Shown here one piece after another: positions 20,952 to 30,417 of a DNA stretch of 63,998 nucleotides. Within the stretch, counting starts at the first letter, position 1, and every line of letters starts with the position of its first letter. The position numbers and the translations under genes were made by a program. The notes beneath the pieces were generated by a model. The model was not told the DNA's origin and searched no databases. It worked only from the letters and a program-made list of their open reading frames with translations. The stretch comes from Promethearchaeota archaeon (lineage in GTDB: Archaea > Asgardarchaeota > Lokiarchaeia > Sigyniarchaeales > SOKP01), in NCBI GenBank assembly GCA_016840165.1, contig JAEOSU010000031.1:1-63998 (forward strand), in the 5' to 3' direction.

Positions 20952-21968
20952 ATGTTATATAAACAACAAAATGTTAAATTAGGGTACATAGTTATGAAAG
21001 CAATTATATGGACAGATTATGGACCACCAGATGTACTTCAACTTAAAGATATTGAAAAACCTACTCCCAAAGATAATGAAATCTTAATCAAGATACGTGC
21101 GACCTCAGTAACAGCAGGAGATTGTGAGATGCGGGCGATGAAGGTTGGTTTGTTATATAGATTTTTTATGCGACTATTTATTGGTCTTAGAAAACCAAAG
21201 AGAATAACTATATTAGGAATGGAGTTAGCCGGGGAGATAGAGAAAGTGGGAAAAGAGGTTGAATCATTTAAGGAAGGGGACCAAATTTTTGCAGCTACCG
21301 ACTTTAGTAATGTAGGAACTTATGCTGAATATATAAGTCTACCTGTAGAATCTAAGGGTGGGGTGGTTGCTATAAAGCCAACCAATATTAGTTTTGAAGA
21401 AGCGGCTGTTGTTCCTGTTGGCGGTCTTGAAGCATTACATTTTATAGGAAATGGAAATGTTAAAAATGGACAAAAAGTTTTAATAAATGGGGCTGGGGGA
21501 AGTATAGGTACTTTTGCGGTTCAACTTGCTAAGTACTTTGGGGCGGAAGTGACCGGTGTAGATGGTACAGAGAAATTAGAAATGCTTCGTTCTATAGGTA
21601 TTGACCATGTTATTGATTACACTCAAGAAGATTTCACAGATAGGGATGAGAGATATGATGTTATTTTTGATGTAGTTGGTAAGCGAGCTTTTTCAGACTT
21701 TAAAAAATCGCTAAAGAAAAAAGGGCTACTTCTTTTTGCTAATCCTAAACTATTACATAAACCTCGAGGTCGATTTTCACCAATAAAAGTAAAAGCTGGG
21801 ACATCAAGCCCAACGGAGAAAGATCTACTCTTTCTTAAAGAACTCATCGAGGCGGGAAAACTAAGATCGATTATTGATAAGATCTATCCATTAGAAGAAG
21901 CTGTAGAGGCTCACAGATATGTTGAGACGGGACAAAAGAAGGGACACGTTGTTATCACTGTTAAATAG
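20952..21968 (+). CDS. MDR-family NAD(P)-dependent oxidoreductase (quinone oxidoreductase-like)
   Basis: YGPPDVL, GMELAG, INGAGGSIG, EAHRYVE. Confidence 0.9.
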   Translation: MLYKQQNVKLGYIVMKAIIWTDYGPPDVLQLKDIEKPTPKDNEILIKIRATSVTAGDCEMRAMKVGLLYRFFMRLFIGLRKPKRITILGMELAGEIEKVGKEVESFKEGDQIFAATDFSNVGTYAEYISLPVESKGGVVAIKPTNISFEEAAVVPVGGLEALHFIGNGNVKNGQKVLINGAGGSIGTFAVQLAKYFGAEVTGVDGTEKLEMLRSIGIDHVIDYTQEDFTDRDERYDVIFDVVGKRAFSDFKKSLKKKGLLLFANPKLLHKPRGRFSPIKVKAGTSSPTEKDLLFLKELIEAGKLRSIIDKIYPLEEAVEAHRYVETGQKKGHVVITVK

Positions 21969-22136
21969 GAAAAATGTCCAAAAATAATTTAAATTAATTA
22001 AAAACTCTTTTTGATTTTCATAAAGAATAAGGGATAAAATCATATCTCAATTGGGATTCAAAACTTATAAGATCAAAAATAATTAAATATAATTCATGTC
22101 TAAATGTATTTTAAAGCTGAATAGAAAAATCTGAGT

Positions 22137-23483
22137 TTGAATATGGTAAAATGTGCTTTTTGTAAAAAAGAAACAGGATATCTTCCATTTCATTGTAAAT
22201 ATTGCGGAAACTCGTTTTGTAGTGAGCATCGGCTCCCTGAAAACCATAATTGCACATTTGAGATCCCGAATAGAGAAGTTGATAAAAAATCGAGCAAATC
22301 ACCATTTAATGATAATCATATTGAAGAGAAAAAGGTTAGAGAGTTCAGTTTAAAACCAAAACTACAATTTGACGATGATTCTGTCGTCCTAAAAGATCAG
22401 GACTTTATGTTAATAAGACATGGGGATAAACTCGTTGCTGATGTATATAGAGATTCAAGTTCTCCATTTATATTGCCTGATCAAATGCCCCCAATTGGGA
22501 TAATACGAAAAATATGGGATTTCATTGAAAATTCAAAAGAAAAGAAGTTTAACGCTATTTTAATCGAATTAATTGATAATCTATCAGAATCCAACTTTAA
22601 TCTCGTCCCAGAGGAAATAAAGTTTTTACTCGAATGGTCCATAGAAGAAGAGAAATACGGGCTTTCCCCGTATATGATACATCTAACCCTCTCCGAGAGA
22701 CGAAAATTTGAAAATCAAAAAGTGGAAATAACGGGTCCAACAGATCCTAATGGAGAAACGATTTACTACTATCCATTTAATCCTACAACGTTTCATTATA
22801 CAACCCTTAATCAACCTGATTATATATTTACTGATCAAAGTTTTATTAGTATGTATAGGGGGCATATATCCGGATTAGTTATTCAAGGTGCCTTAGAACT
22901 TCCTGAATCTTTAAGGAATCTTTCGAGACTCAAGTTTTTATGCATTACCGACCTAGCACTTAAAAGTCTTCCACATTCATTTAAAAATCTTACAAATTTG
23001 CGGTATCTATACTTTTATAATACCGAATTGGAAGGATTTCCAGAAAATATAACTAAATTCCCTAAACTAAGAGGACTTGGATTACAAGGTATAAAGTTAG
23101 ATTATATTCCTGAAATGGTTAAGAGAATAGCTTATAAATATTATTCACGGACATATATAAAGGAAGGGGTTAGTAAAGACGATGCTAACGTGTTAGGGCT
23201 TCTTGAAATCTTAACAGGAATACAGATTGTTCCTTTTGATATAGCTTGGAGTACATCTACCTTGCCTACGCATTATCAATTGAATGAACAAGGAAAGATT
23301 ACCTCTCTTTGGTTTAATGACCCAACTTGGGATTCACCATTAACATATATACCAGAGGAACTTCAGAAATTAGACCATCTTGAAGATTTGACTATCGAAA
23401 CGTTTTCGGAAGATAAAATCACTATTCCTGAATCACTTAAATTTTTTTTAAAATCTATCAAATTCGAATTTTATCGAAATTAG
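22137..23483 (+). CDS. AN1-type zinc finger + leucine-rich repeat protein
   Basis: CAFC...CKYCGNSFCSEHRLPENHNC; LPESLRNLSRLKFL and LPHSFKNLTNLRYL repeats. Confidence 0.85.
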   Translation: MNMVKCAFCKKETGYLPFHCKYCGNSFCSEHRLPENHNCTFEIPNREVDKKSSKSPFNDNHIEEKKVREFSLKPKLQFDDDSVVLKDQDFMLIRHGDKLVADVYRDSSSPFILPDQMPPIGIIRKIWDFIENSKEKKFNAILIELIDNLSESNFNLVPEEIKFLLEWSIEEEKYGLSPYMIHLTLSERRKFENQKVEITGPTDPNGETIYYYPFNPTTFHYTTLNQPDYIFTDQSFISMYRGHISGLVIQGALELPESLRNLSRLKFLCITDLALKSLPHSFKNLTNLRYLYFYNTELEGFPENITKFPKLRGLGLQGIKLDYIPEMVKRIAYKYYSRTYIKEGVSKDDANVLGLLEILTGIQIVPFDIAWSTSTLPTHYQLNEQGKITSLWFNDPTWDSPLTYIPEELQKLDHLEDLTIETFSEDKITIPESLKFFLKSIKFEFYRN

Positions 23484-23548
23484 TTATTTGGAAGCTAAAG
23501 TTGACCTAAAAACCATTTATTTTTCCATTGCATAAAACTATTTTGGGA

Positions 23549-23743
23549 CTAATTTTCTTTTTTAATTCTTTTATAATCGGCAACCGCATAATGCCAAATT
23601 GCTTCGATTAAAAAGAAAAGTGCCAAAAACCCAAAAACAGTGGACCACCATTCTGCTTTAAAAAAGGACCAAATTAGTACCATTATCATGCCAGTAATCA
23701 ATAATATTGAACCATGGAATTCCAATTGAGTAATTCTATTCAT
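23549..23743 (-). CDS. Small two-TM membrane protein
   Basis: Two hydrophobic helices, basic tail, GAGG upstream. Confidence 0.6.
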   Translation of the reverse strand: MNRITQLEFHGSILLITGMIMVLIWSFFKAEWWSTVFGFLALFFLIEAIWHYAVADYKRIKKEN

Positions 23744-23923
23744 TTTTTTAACCTCATTACTGATTTCATTTGATTTTGATTTTATTATTTAAATAGAATT
23801 TCAATTTCTATTAAAAAGATTACGAACCCAGTTTCTTTATCTTAGCTTTGATTACTACTCTTTACTGAATTCATGAGTAGAAATAAAGAATTTTAAAAGG
23901 TAATAGAGAATTATGGTAATCAT

Positions 23924-24616
23924 ATGATAAAAAAAGGAATTTTAAAAGGTGCCAACCGAAAGGAAACGAGCTGGGAAAGAGCAAAAGTAGCCTTAAAAGA
24001 ACCATTTGAAGAAGCATTAGATACATTTAGAAAAGAAGTACTGAGTCGAGAAGATTTTGATCCTACTGCCTTATTACAATTTGGGTTTTTTATGTCTATG
24101 GCTGTTATAAATATACTCAAAGAAGCTGAATCGGAATTAGGAAAAAAAGGACAAGAGGTTATAATTAATGCGCTAATTAATACCGGTTATGATGTGGGAC
24201 GTCAAATGATTGATCCTGAGAAAATCCCAAAAAATATTTCGGATATAGAATTAATGAGTTATTTAGCGACAATAATTAACACGCAAGCATGGACTTCAAT
24301 TGAAGATCCTCGAATTGATAATGAGGATAAATGCTCTTTTGATATTCTCTGGTGTCCTCTCCAAGATGTTTACTCTGCGTTTGATTGTAGAGTCCAGAGA
24401 TATTTGGTCCAGGGGATTGTTAATTACTTTCGGGAAAGTGTATTTGATAAAAGCGATTTTCAAATTTATTTTAAATCAACTATTCCCACAGGAGCTGAGT
24501 GCTGTGAATTTGTCATTGAAAGAAAGAAGCCGGGAGAACCTGACAAGTGGGAAACATATTCGAAACAACTTGAAGAAAAAGCTTTAAAAAGTAAAAAATC
24601 GAAAAAAGATATGTGA
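23924..24616 (+). CDS. V4R/ATC-hydrolase-like Cys-containing protein
   Basis: WCPL...DC...TIPTGAECCEF pattern. Confidence 0.6.
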   Translation: MIKKGILKGANRKETSWERAKVALKEPFEEALDTFRKEVLSREDFDPTALLQFGFFMSMAVINILKEAESELGKKGQEVIINALINTGYDVGRQMIDPEKIPKNISDIELMSYLATIINTQAWTSIEDPRIDNEDKCSFDILWCPLQDVYSAFDCRVQRYLVQGIVNYFRESVFDKSDFQIYFKSTIPTGAECCEFVIERKKPGEPDKWETYSKQLEEKALKSKKSKKDM

Positions 24617-24619
24617 AAT

Positions 24620-26680
24620 TTAAAATTGGGTTATAACAGCACAGTGATCAGAGCCAATTGAACAGTATACGGTACTTGTTATTGGTATTAAATCAGGGGA
24701 ACATAGAATATAATCTATTCGTTTTTGAGGTTCCAAATTATCGTCAAAATCGCCAGTATAGCCTGGATCTGAGTTTAAATAGCGATATGTATCTGTAAAA
24801 TTAAGAACTGAGGTGGTATTGATAAGGTTATATTCGCTACTTGATGGTTCTAAATTCAAGTCACCCATCCAAACTGTCCTTTCAAAGGTGGGTTCTTTTT
24901 CTATTTCAGCTACAATATATGGGATTTGAACAAGGCGATCCTCTGAATCTGTTGATAAATGAGTTACATAAATTGTCCAAATAGAAGAATTTATTAAAAT
25001 ATTGGTTTTAATCAATACACGAGGTTGTCCATCGGCAGCAACTATGGGTAATTGGATAACTTGGGCACTTATAATAGGGTACTTACTTAAAATAACATTT
25101 CCATAATGTTTATATAGTGTTGGCCCATAAACGTAATACATATTTAGTTTATGAGCAAAATAAGATGCAATATCTATACTAGCTGTTTTTATAAGGCGTA
25201 CATCTACTTCATTTAACCCTAAGATATCTGGATCTTGAGTCTTAATATCTTGGACTAAGCGATCTAAATCGAATAGATCGTCGGTACCAATCGCATTATG
25301 GATATTCCATATCATAAATTTAGGATTCTCATCTATGCTTGAGGGAAAAGGGTGTGATAGAACTACAGTAGTAAGCGATAAACTTGTAATAATTAATAGA
25401 ATAAAATATGCGAGTCCAAATCGTTTCAGTTGATTATTAGACTGTAAATCTGCTCTGAAGCTGAAATCGATTGTTCTTAATTCTAAAACAATGATAAAAA
25501 AAGTTGCTATGCTTATCTGGATTATATTGTCTATTAATAATGATATATACTCATACCATAGGATTTGGACATGAATGATAATAAAGAGAAAGCTCGTTAT
25601 AAAAAAAATAATAACACCTAATAACAATCTTCTTGGATTTTTTAAGCTATAAAGCGTAAAAAGATATCGGAAATAAAATGTAATAGAAAAAACTGCAAAA
25701 ACTGTAAAAATAGATATATAGATTGTTGATATGAGCGAATTATCTCCTTCAATGACAAATAAAGCTAAAAATGTTAATAGACTCGAAATTATAAACGTGC
25801 TAATGATGATAAATTTAAGATTTTTTATATCTATTCTTCTCATGATAATTTCTATAATGAAGTAGCTTATTATCAATGTGAATAAAATCAGAAAGATATA
25901 ATATGTGAATCCATAGCTCGGCCAAATCAGAAAAGGTATGGAAATAATCTGATTGTAATTTAAATTAATAATATCGTATGCTGAGAGGGCCATGGGATTG
26001 AAGATTAACATTGTAGAATAAATAAATATTGCTCCTAATATAAAAAAATGAATTAGTGATACCTCCTTTTTACTAGACCCAGCATTGTTCTCTTCTTTCT
26101 TAACTTGATCCGGATAAAATCGTTTTGGAAAAAAGAGTAAATGATTTAATACACATAAAATGACTCCAAAAGCAAATGTAGTACCTATTTTACTCGGATT
26201 GTATGTTAAATTTGAAGAGATATCAATAATTAAAAATATGAATTGAATGGTTATGCCAATAATGATTGCTCCAAAAAATTTGCCATAATTCATATCAAAG
26301 GGATTACTGATTTCATGGAGTCTAATTAGCCCTAAAAAAAACAACAGACATGAGAAAACCATTACAAAATCACAAATTAGTAAAATGCTGGGGATAATAA
26401 CGAATTGGGTTAGCAAACGAAGTATCACGATTATATAGACCAATAGATAGGGTTTATACGTTCTTTTAAATCTTTTTGACATCAATAAGAAGTATTCAAC
26501 AACAATTATAATGAGAATTATTAAAATAGGAGGAAAAATTTTCAAAATGTCAGAAAGATTCATGAAAATGAAGGCATTAATATTTAGAATTAAATTAGAA
26601 AACGCTTCTAAAAAGAAATAGAAAATAAGGGCTATTAAAGCAACTATCGATTCATTTCGCCAATTCATAATATAAACCAA
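24620..26680 (-). CDS. Multi-pass membrane protein with C-terminal EEP (endonuclease/exonuclease/phosphatase) domain, CWH43-like architecture
   Basis: About 12-13 TM helices, then WNIH, LGLNEVD, GNVILSKYPI, THL, GDLN, RIDYI and SDH. Confidence 0.8.
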   Translation of the reverse strand: MVYIMNWRNESIVALIALIFYFFLEAFSNLILNINAFIFMNLSDILKIFPPILIILIIIVVEYFLLMSKRFKRTYKPYLLVYIIVILRLLTQFVIIPSILLICDFVMVFSCLLFFLGLIRLHEISNPFDMNYGKFFGAIIIGITIQFIFLIIDISSNLTYNPSKIGTTFAFGVILCVLNHLLFFPKRFYPDQVKKEENNAGSSKKEVSLIHFFILGAIFIYSTMLIFNPMALSAYDIINLNYNQIISIPFLIWPSYGFTYYIFLILFTLIISYFIIEIIMRRIDIKNLKFIIISTFIISSLLTFLALFVIEGDNSLISTIYISIFTVFAVFSITFYFRYLFTLYSLKNPRRLLLGVIIFFITSFLFIIIHVQILWYEYISLLIDNIIQISIATFFIIVLELRTIDFSFRADLQSNNQLKRFGLAYFILLIITSLSLTTVVLSHPFPSSIDENPKFMIWNIHNAIGTDDLFDLDRLVQDIKTQDPDILGLNEVDVRLIKTASIDIASYFAHKLNMYYVYGPTLYKHYGNVILSKYPIISAQVIQLPIVAADGQPRVLIKTNILINSSIWTIYVTHLSTDSEDRLVQIPYIVAEIEKEPTFERTVWMGDLNLEPSSSEYNLINTTSVLNFTDTYRYLNSDPGYTGDFDDNLEPQKRIDYILCSPDLIPITSTVYCSIGSDHCAVITQF

Positions 26681-26807
26681 AATTCTATTATTAAATAAAA
26701 ATTTGTTTCAATTCTATTAAAATCTTTAATTTTGTAAACTAATAATTAAGCTGAGAGATAGCTAAAAATTATAAAACAAAAAAAAAGAAATTTTATAAAA
26801 TATCTTT

Positions 26808-27206
26808 TTACTCCTTGTTTTCTTTCATAAAGAAAAATCCATTGAGGACTATTAATATAATCATTACTATTGTATCTAACCAATGAAAGACAAGATTTGT
26901 TGGTGAACGAGTTACGTATAAAGCTGATGATATATTGCCAATTGCGGTAATTATAAGGAAAATAATTGTGACCAGAACGAAAAGTTTAATTTTTTCCCAT
27001 TCTTTCATCAATAGAGAGAAAATAACTCCAATTCCAAGAGTTAGAATAGCCCCACCGAAAAGTCGCCAGAAATGAGGGTCGTAAAATGGAGCATCGTTTA
27101 AATTGTAGACAATATCTGGAAGAAAAATATAGAGGATCCCATAAACTAAAGCTACAATAAGGTCGATAATTAACATTATTTTAAATAATTTTGATATTTC
27201 TGCCAT
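26808..27206 (-). CDS. Four-TM membrane protein
   Basis: Four hydrophobic helices in 132 aa. Confidence 0.7.
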   Translation of the reverse strand: MAEISKLFKIMLIIDLIVALVYGILYIFLPDIVYNLNDAPFYDPHFWRLFGGAILTLGIGVIFSLLMKEWEKIKLFVLVTIIFLIITAIGNISSALYVTRSPTNLVFHWLDTIVMIILIVLNGFFFMKENKE

Positions 27207-27325
27207 TATAATTTCACATTAGATTTCTTTTAATAAAGAGTGTGAATATGAATAAGAAAAATGAAAATAAAAAGATTTACAAAAATGTAAAGCTCTATTA
27301 TTTAACAAGATTTTCTAGAGATAAA

Positions 27326-28408
27326 TCAGTGTACGGGGTTTATAGGATAATGTCCATATTTCTCAATTGCTTTTGGAATCGCTAAGATATTGGGAATAGC
27401 CACACCCCAAGGTAGGCTGCAAACAGGACAGCAAATATATCTTCCCTCAGGAGCTAAGTTTAAGATGTTTTCTTTCACTTTTTCTTCGACATCAGCGGGA
27501 GTTCCGGTGAGCAATTCTCGGCTTACATCTATATTAGCCCCTATTATCGCAATTTTTGGATGTTTCTTCCTAAAATCGATCCAATATTCAATGTCTAACG
27601 GATGGCTACCATTAACTGCAATAAAATCTATTTCTTTAACAACCTCTGTAAAATATGGTGCAGTTCCACAATTATGAAGCATGAAAGGAACCTTTATTTT
27701 CTCCATCATCCGTTTAATAAAATCTCCTTCATAGCGCATAGAATCTTGAAAACTCATCATATGGCGGTTGAATGCGTATCCTGCAATAAATACATTAGGT
27801 GGCATTCCTACAATTTCGAGCCAATTCTCATAAAGATCCATTTGAGACTCATAGATTTTTTCGCACAGTTTGAGTAATAAATCCGGATTTCGTCGCATAT
27901 CCTTATAGGCTTCTATACCGCGCAACTCCTGGACAACCGACCAGATACTTAGGCTGATTACTTGGGGAAATTTAATTTTATCTTGAATCATTTTTGCAGC
28001 TAATAAAGAATTTTGCCACAATTCATTTTTGCTATGATCTGGGATTTCTAGATTTTCAATATCTTCTTCAGTTTTACAAATTTCTCCTTGTTTACACATT
28101 AGAGGTTGATAATCAAACCACTTAATTGCATCTAATTTGTTGTTGGCTTCCGCAAAAGCTAATCCTTCAATTGGTCCTGCGTAGGCACTTGGAACATTTA
28201 TAGAATCGGTGTTTAAAAACTCAAAAGTGCTTATAATCGCATTGGCATAGACCTTTGGGGAACTATATAATTCCTTTACTGTTTTACCAGTGACTCGACA
28301 AATCATCTGTTCCCCGGCAAATGCGAGAAATGGAACTTTATCAACTCTTTTTGAACCTGCTATCGTCTTAAATATTCGATTTACAGAAGCAATCCAATCT
28401 TTTACCAA
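27326..28408 (-). CDS. Uroporphyrinogen decarboxylase-fold methyltransferase (MtaA/CmuA-like)
   Basis: HNCG Zn motif plus C-terminal Cys (PVCSL); directly downstream of a corrinoid protein gene. Confidence 0.8.
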   Translation of the reverse strand: MVKDWIASVNRIFKTIAGSKRVDKVPFLAFAGEQMICRVTGKTVKELYSSPKVYANAIISTFEFLNTDSINVPSAYAGPIEGLAFAEANNKLDAIKWFDYQPLMCKQGEICKTEEDIENLEIPDHSKNELWQNSLLAAKMIQDKIKFPQVISLSIWSVVQELRGIEAYKDMRRNPDLLLKLCEKIYESQMDLYENWLEIVGMPPNVFIAGYAFNRHMMSFQDSMRYEGDFIKRMMEKIKVPFMLHNCGTAPYFTEVVKEIDFIAVNGSHPLDIEYWIDFRKKHPKIAIIGANIDVSRELLTGTPADVEEKVKENILNLAPEGRYICCPVCSLPWGVAIPNILAIPKAIEKYGHYPINPVH

Positions 28409-28426
28409 TTTACTATCGCCCCCGAT

Positions 28427-29062
28427 TTAAATTAATTTTTTTATTTTTTTTACTCCTTCCCAGCCATCTTTGGCAAATTCGTCTGCTCCGATCATTTCAC
28501 ACGATTCTTTGGATAAAATTCCACCACCAACGATTATTCGAGAGAGGATATTTTCTTTTTTAAGTAAATTAACAGTTTCAATCATTTTAGATATGCTCAT
28601 TGTCATTAATCCACTTAATCCTATTAGAATGGGATTTATTTCTTTTGCTTTTCGGAGAAACTCTTCTGGTGGAACATCTGAACCTAAATCAACAATATCA
28701 AAACCTTGTCCTTGCAAGAGGGAAACTACCAAGCTTTTCCCTATATCATGGATGTCCCCTTCCACTGTACCAATTAAGATAGTCCCTTTAGGTTCTATTA
28801 CCATTTCTTCATTTAATGATTTTTTTAATCGTTCTGTAGCGGCATTAATGGCATCACCAGTCATTAGTAAATCAGGAAGAAAGTATTCATCCTCCTCATA
28901 TAACTTTCCAGCGTCTTCAGCACCTTTAAGAATTGCTCTATTCAAGATATCCTTGGCTGATATTCCCAATTCAATAGATTCATCAACGATTTCAACAGCT
29001 TTGTTTGAATCTCCTTTTACGATTGCGTTTTCTAAATTTTCTAACAATTCTTCGGCTTTCAT
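28427..29062 (-). CDS. Corrinoid (B12-binding) methyltransferase protein
   Basis: Cap domain YFLPDL; GDIHDIGK; LSGLMT; IVGGG. Confidence 0.92.
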   Translation of the reverse strand: MKAEELLENLENAIVKGDSNKAVEIVDESIELGISAKDILNRAILKGAEDAGKLYEEDEYFLPDLLMTGDAINAATERLKKSLNEEMVIEPKGTILIGTVEGDIHDIGKSLVVSLLQGQGFDIVDLGSDVPPEEFLRKAKEINPILIGLSGLMTMSISKMIETVNLLKKENILSRIIVGGGILSKESCEMIGADEFAKDGWEGVKKIKKLI

Positions 29063-29338
29063 GATTAATATAATATTAGTTCAATCCATCAATTTAAAAA
29101 TGTATTTGTTTTATGTATTCTAAAAAAGAAATAGAATTTGCCTTCTGTCTTATTAAACAATAGAAGATTAGAGTTTTTTTAATTCTTGAGATATTTTGGT
29201 GTTATGTCAGAATTCTTAATCTACAGTTTTCAGTTCTGAATTTTAAGACTAAGAAAGAATATTTATAGCTGTCCAATCGAAATCTATTTTAGTTTACAAA
29301 CAGATAATTACATACTCTTAAATTTTAATCTGATTAAT

Positions 29339-30349
29339 ATGCTAAAAGCTCGGAAAAAGATAATTTTAATAAGTTTAACCATTATTGTCTCAGTTGTCGC
29401 GGTAACAATTTCGCTAATTTTTTTATTCAGATATATTCCCATAAATACACGAGAATTAGGACAAATTAATACGGGAGGACAAGCAATTGATGTGGATATT
29501 GAAGGAGAAATAGCCTATGTAGTCGATATGATGGATTATAACCCAGGTGGGTTAGTTTTCATTAATGTGAGTGATCCTTATCATCCTAACCAATTAGGCT
29601 CTTTTTATGATGGAGGTGTGTTAAGGGCGGTAGATGTCGCAGGTACAATTGGTTTTTTAGCCAATCAGATAAATGGGTTGGAAGTAGTTAATGTAAGCAA
29701 TCCCTTGTTTCCTATAAAGCTAGATTCTTATGCGGGAAGCGTTTTCGACGTACAAGTTAAGGGGGAACTAGCCTATTTGGCAGATTGGAATAATGGTCTT
29801 ATCATACTGAATGTGAGTAATCCTTCAGACTTAACATTTATTAGTCAATTTCCTATCTCTGGTGCATGCATTCATGTTGATATTTATGAAGATATTGCCT
29901 GTATAAGTGATCATTATGGAGATTATACCGCAATAAGATTAATTAATGTCAGTGATCCATTAAATCCTTTTCAAATTGGATCCTATGCTCCTAATGGGGT
30001 TGATTTTTGGAATCCGATTATAGAGGGCGATTATGTATATGTAGGAAACCATGCTATAGACGGAGGGGGCTTACATATCATAGATATATCCAATCCCTCT
30101 AATATTCATCAAGTTGGATTATATCATGGAGGAGGATCTATTTTCGCAGCTTGTATCCATGACACAAAGATTTTTTGTGCAAACTATGAGATGGGATTAG
30201 AAGTCTTAGATATGGTGAACCCAGTTAACTTGCAAAAGATTGGACAGTATTTTGATGGAGGTCACGCCCATGATGTAGCTGTGGTCAACAATCGTGCGTA
30301 TGTAGCTGATCATAATGATGGGCTAGAGATAGTTGAGATCTTAAATTAA
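29339..30349 (+). CDS. Membrane-tethered LVIVD-repeat beta-propeller
   Basis: N-terminal TM; repeated AYVAD...GLxIxNVSNP. Confidence 0.85.
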   Translation: MLKARKKIILISLTIIVSVVAVTISLIFLFRYIPINTRELGQINTGGQAIDVDIEGEIAYVVDMMDYNPGGLVFINVSDPYHPNQLGSFYDGGVLRAVDVAGTIGFLANQINGLEVVNVSNPLFPIKLDSYAGSVFDVQVKGELAYLADWNNGLIILNVSNPSDLTFISQFPISGACIHVDIYEDIACISDHYGDYTAIRLINVSDPLNPFQIGSYAPNGVDFWNPIIEGDYVYVGNHAIDGGGLHIIDISNPSNIHQVGLYHGGGSIFAACIHDTKIFCANYEMGLEVLDMVNPVNLQKIGQYFDGGHAHDVAVVNNRAYVADHNDGLEIVEILN

Positions 30350-30417
30350 TTTTATTTTTATCCACTAATGATGCATTAATATTATCAACTAAAGATTTAG
30401 AATTAATATCAGCTCGA

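Noticed and set aside
28470-29123. 217-aa plus-strand ORF
   Set aside because: Antisense shadow of the well-supported corrinoid gene; Ser/Ile/Pro-rich with no motifs
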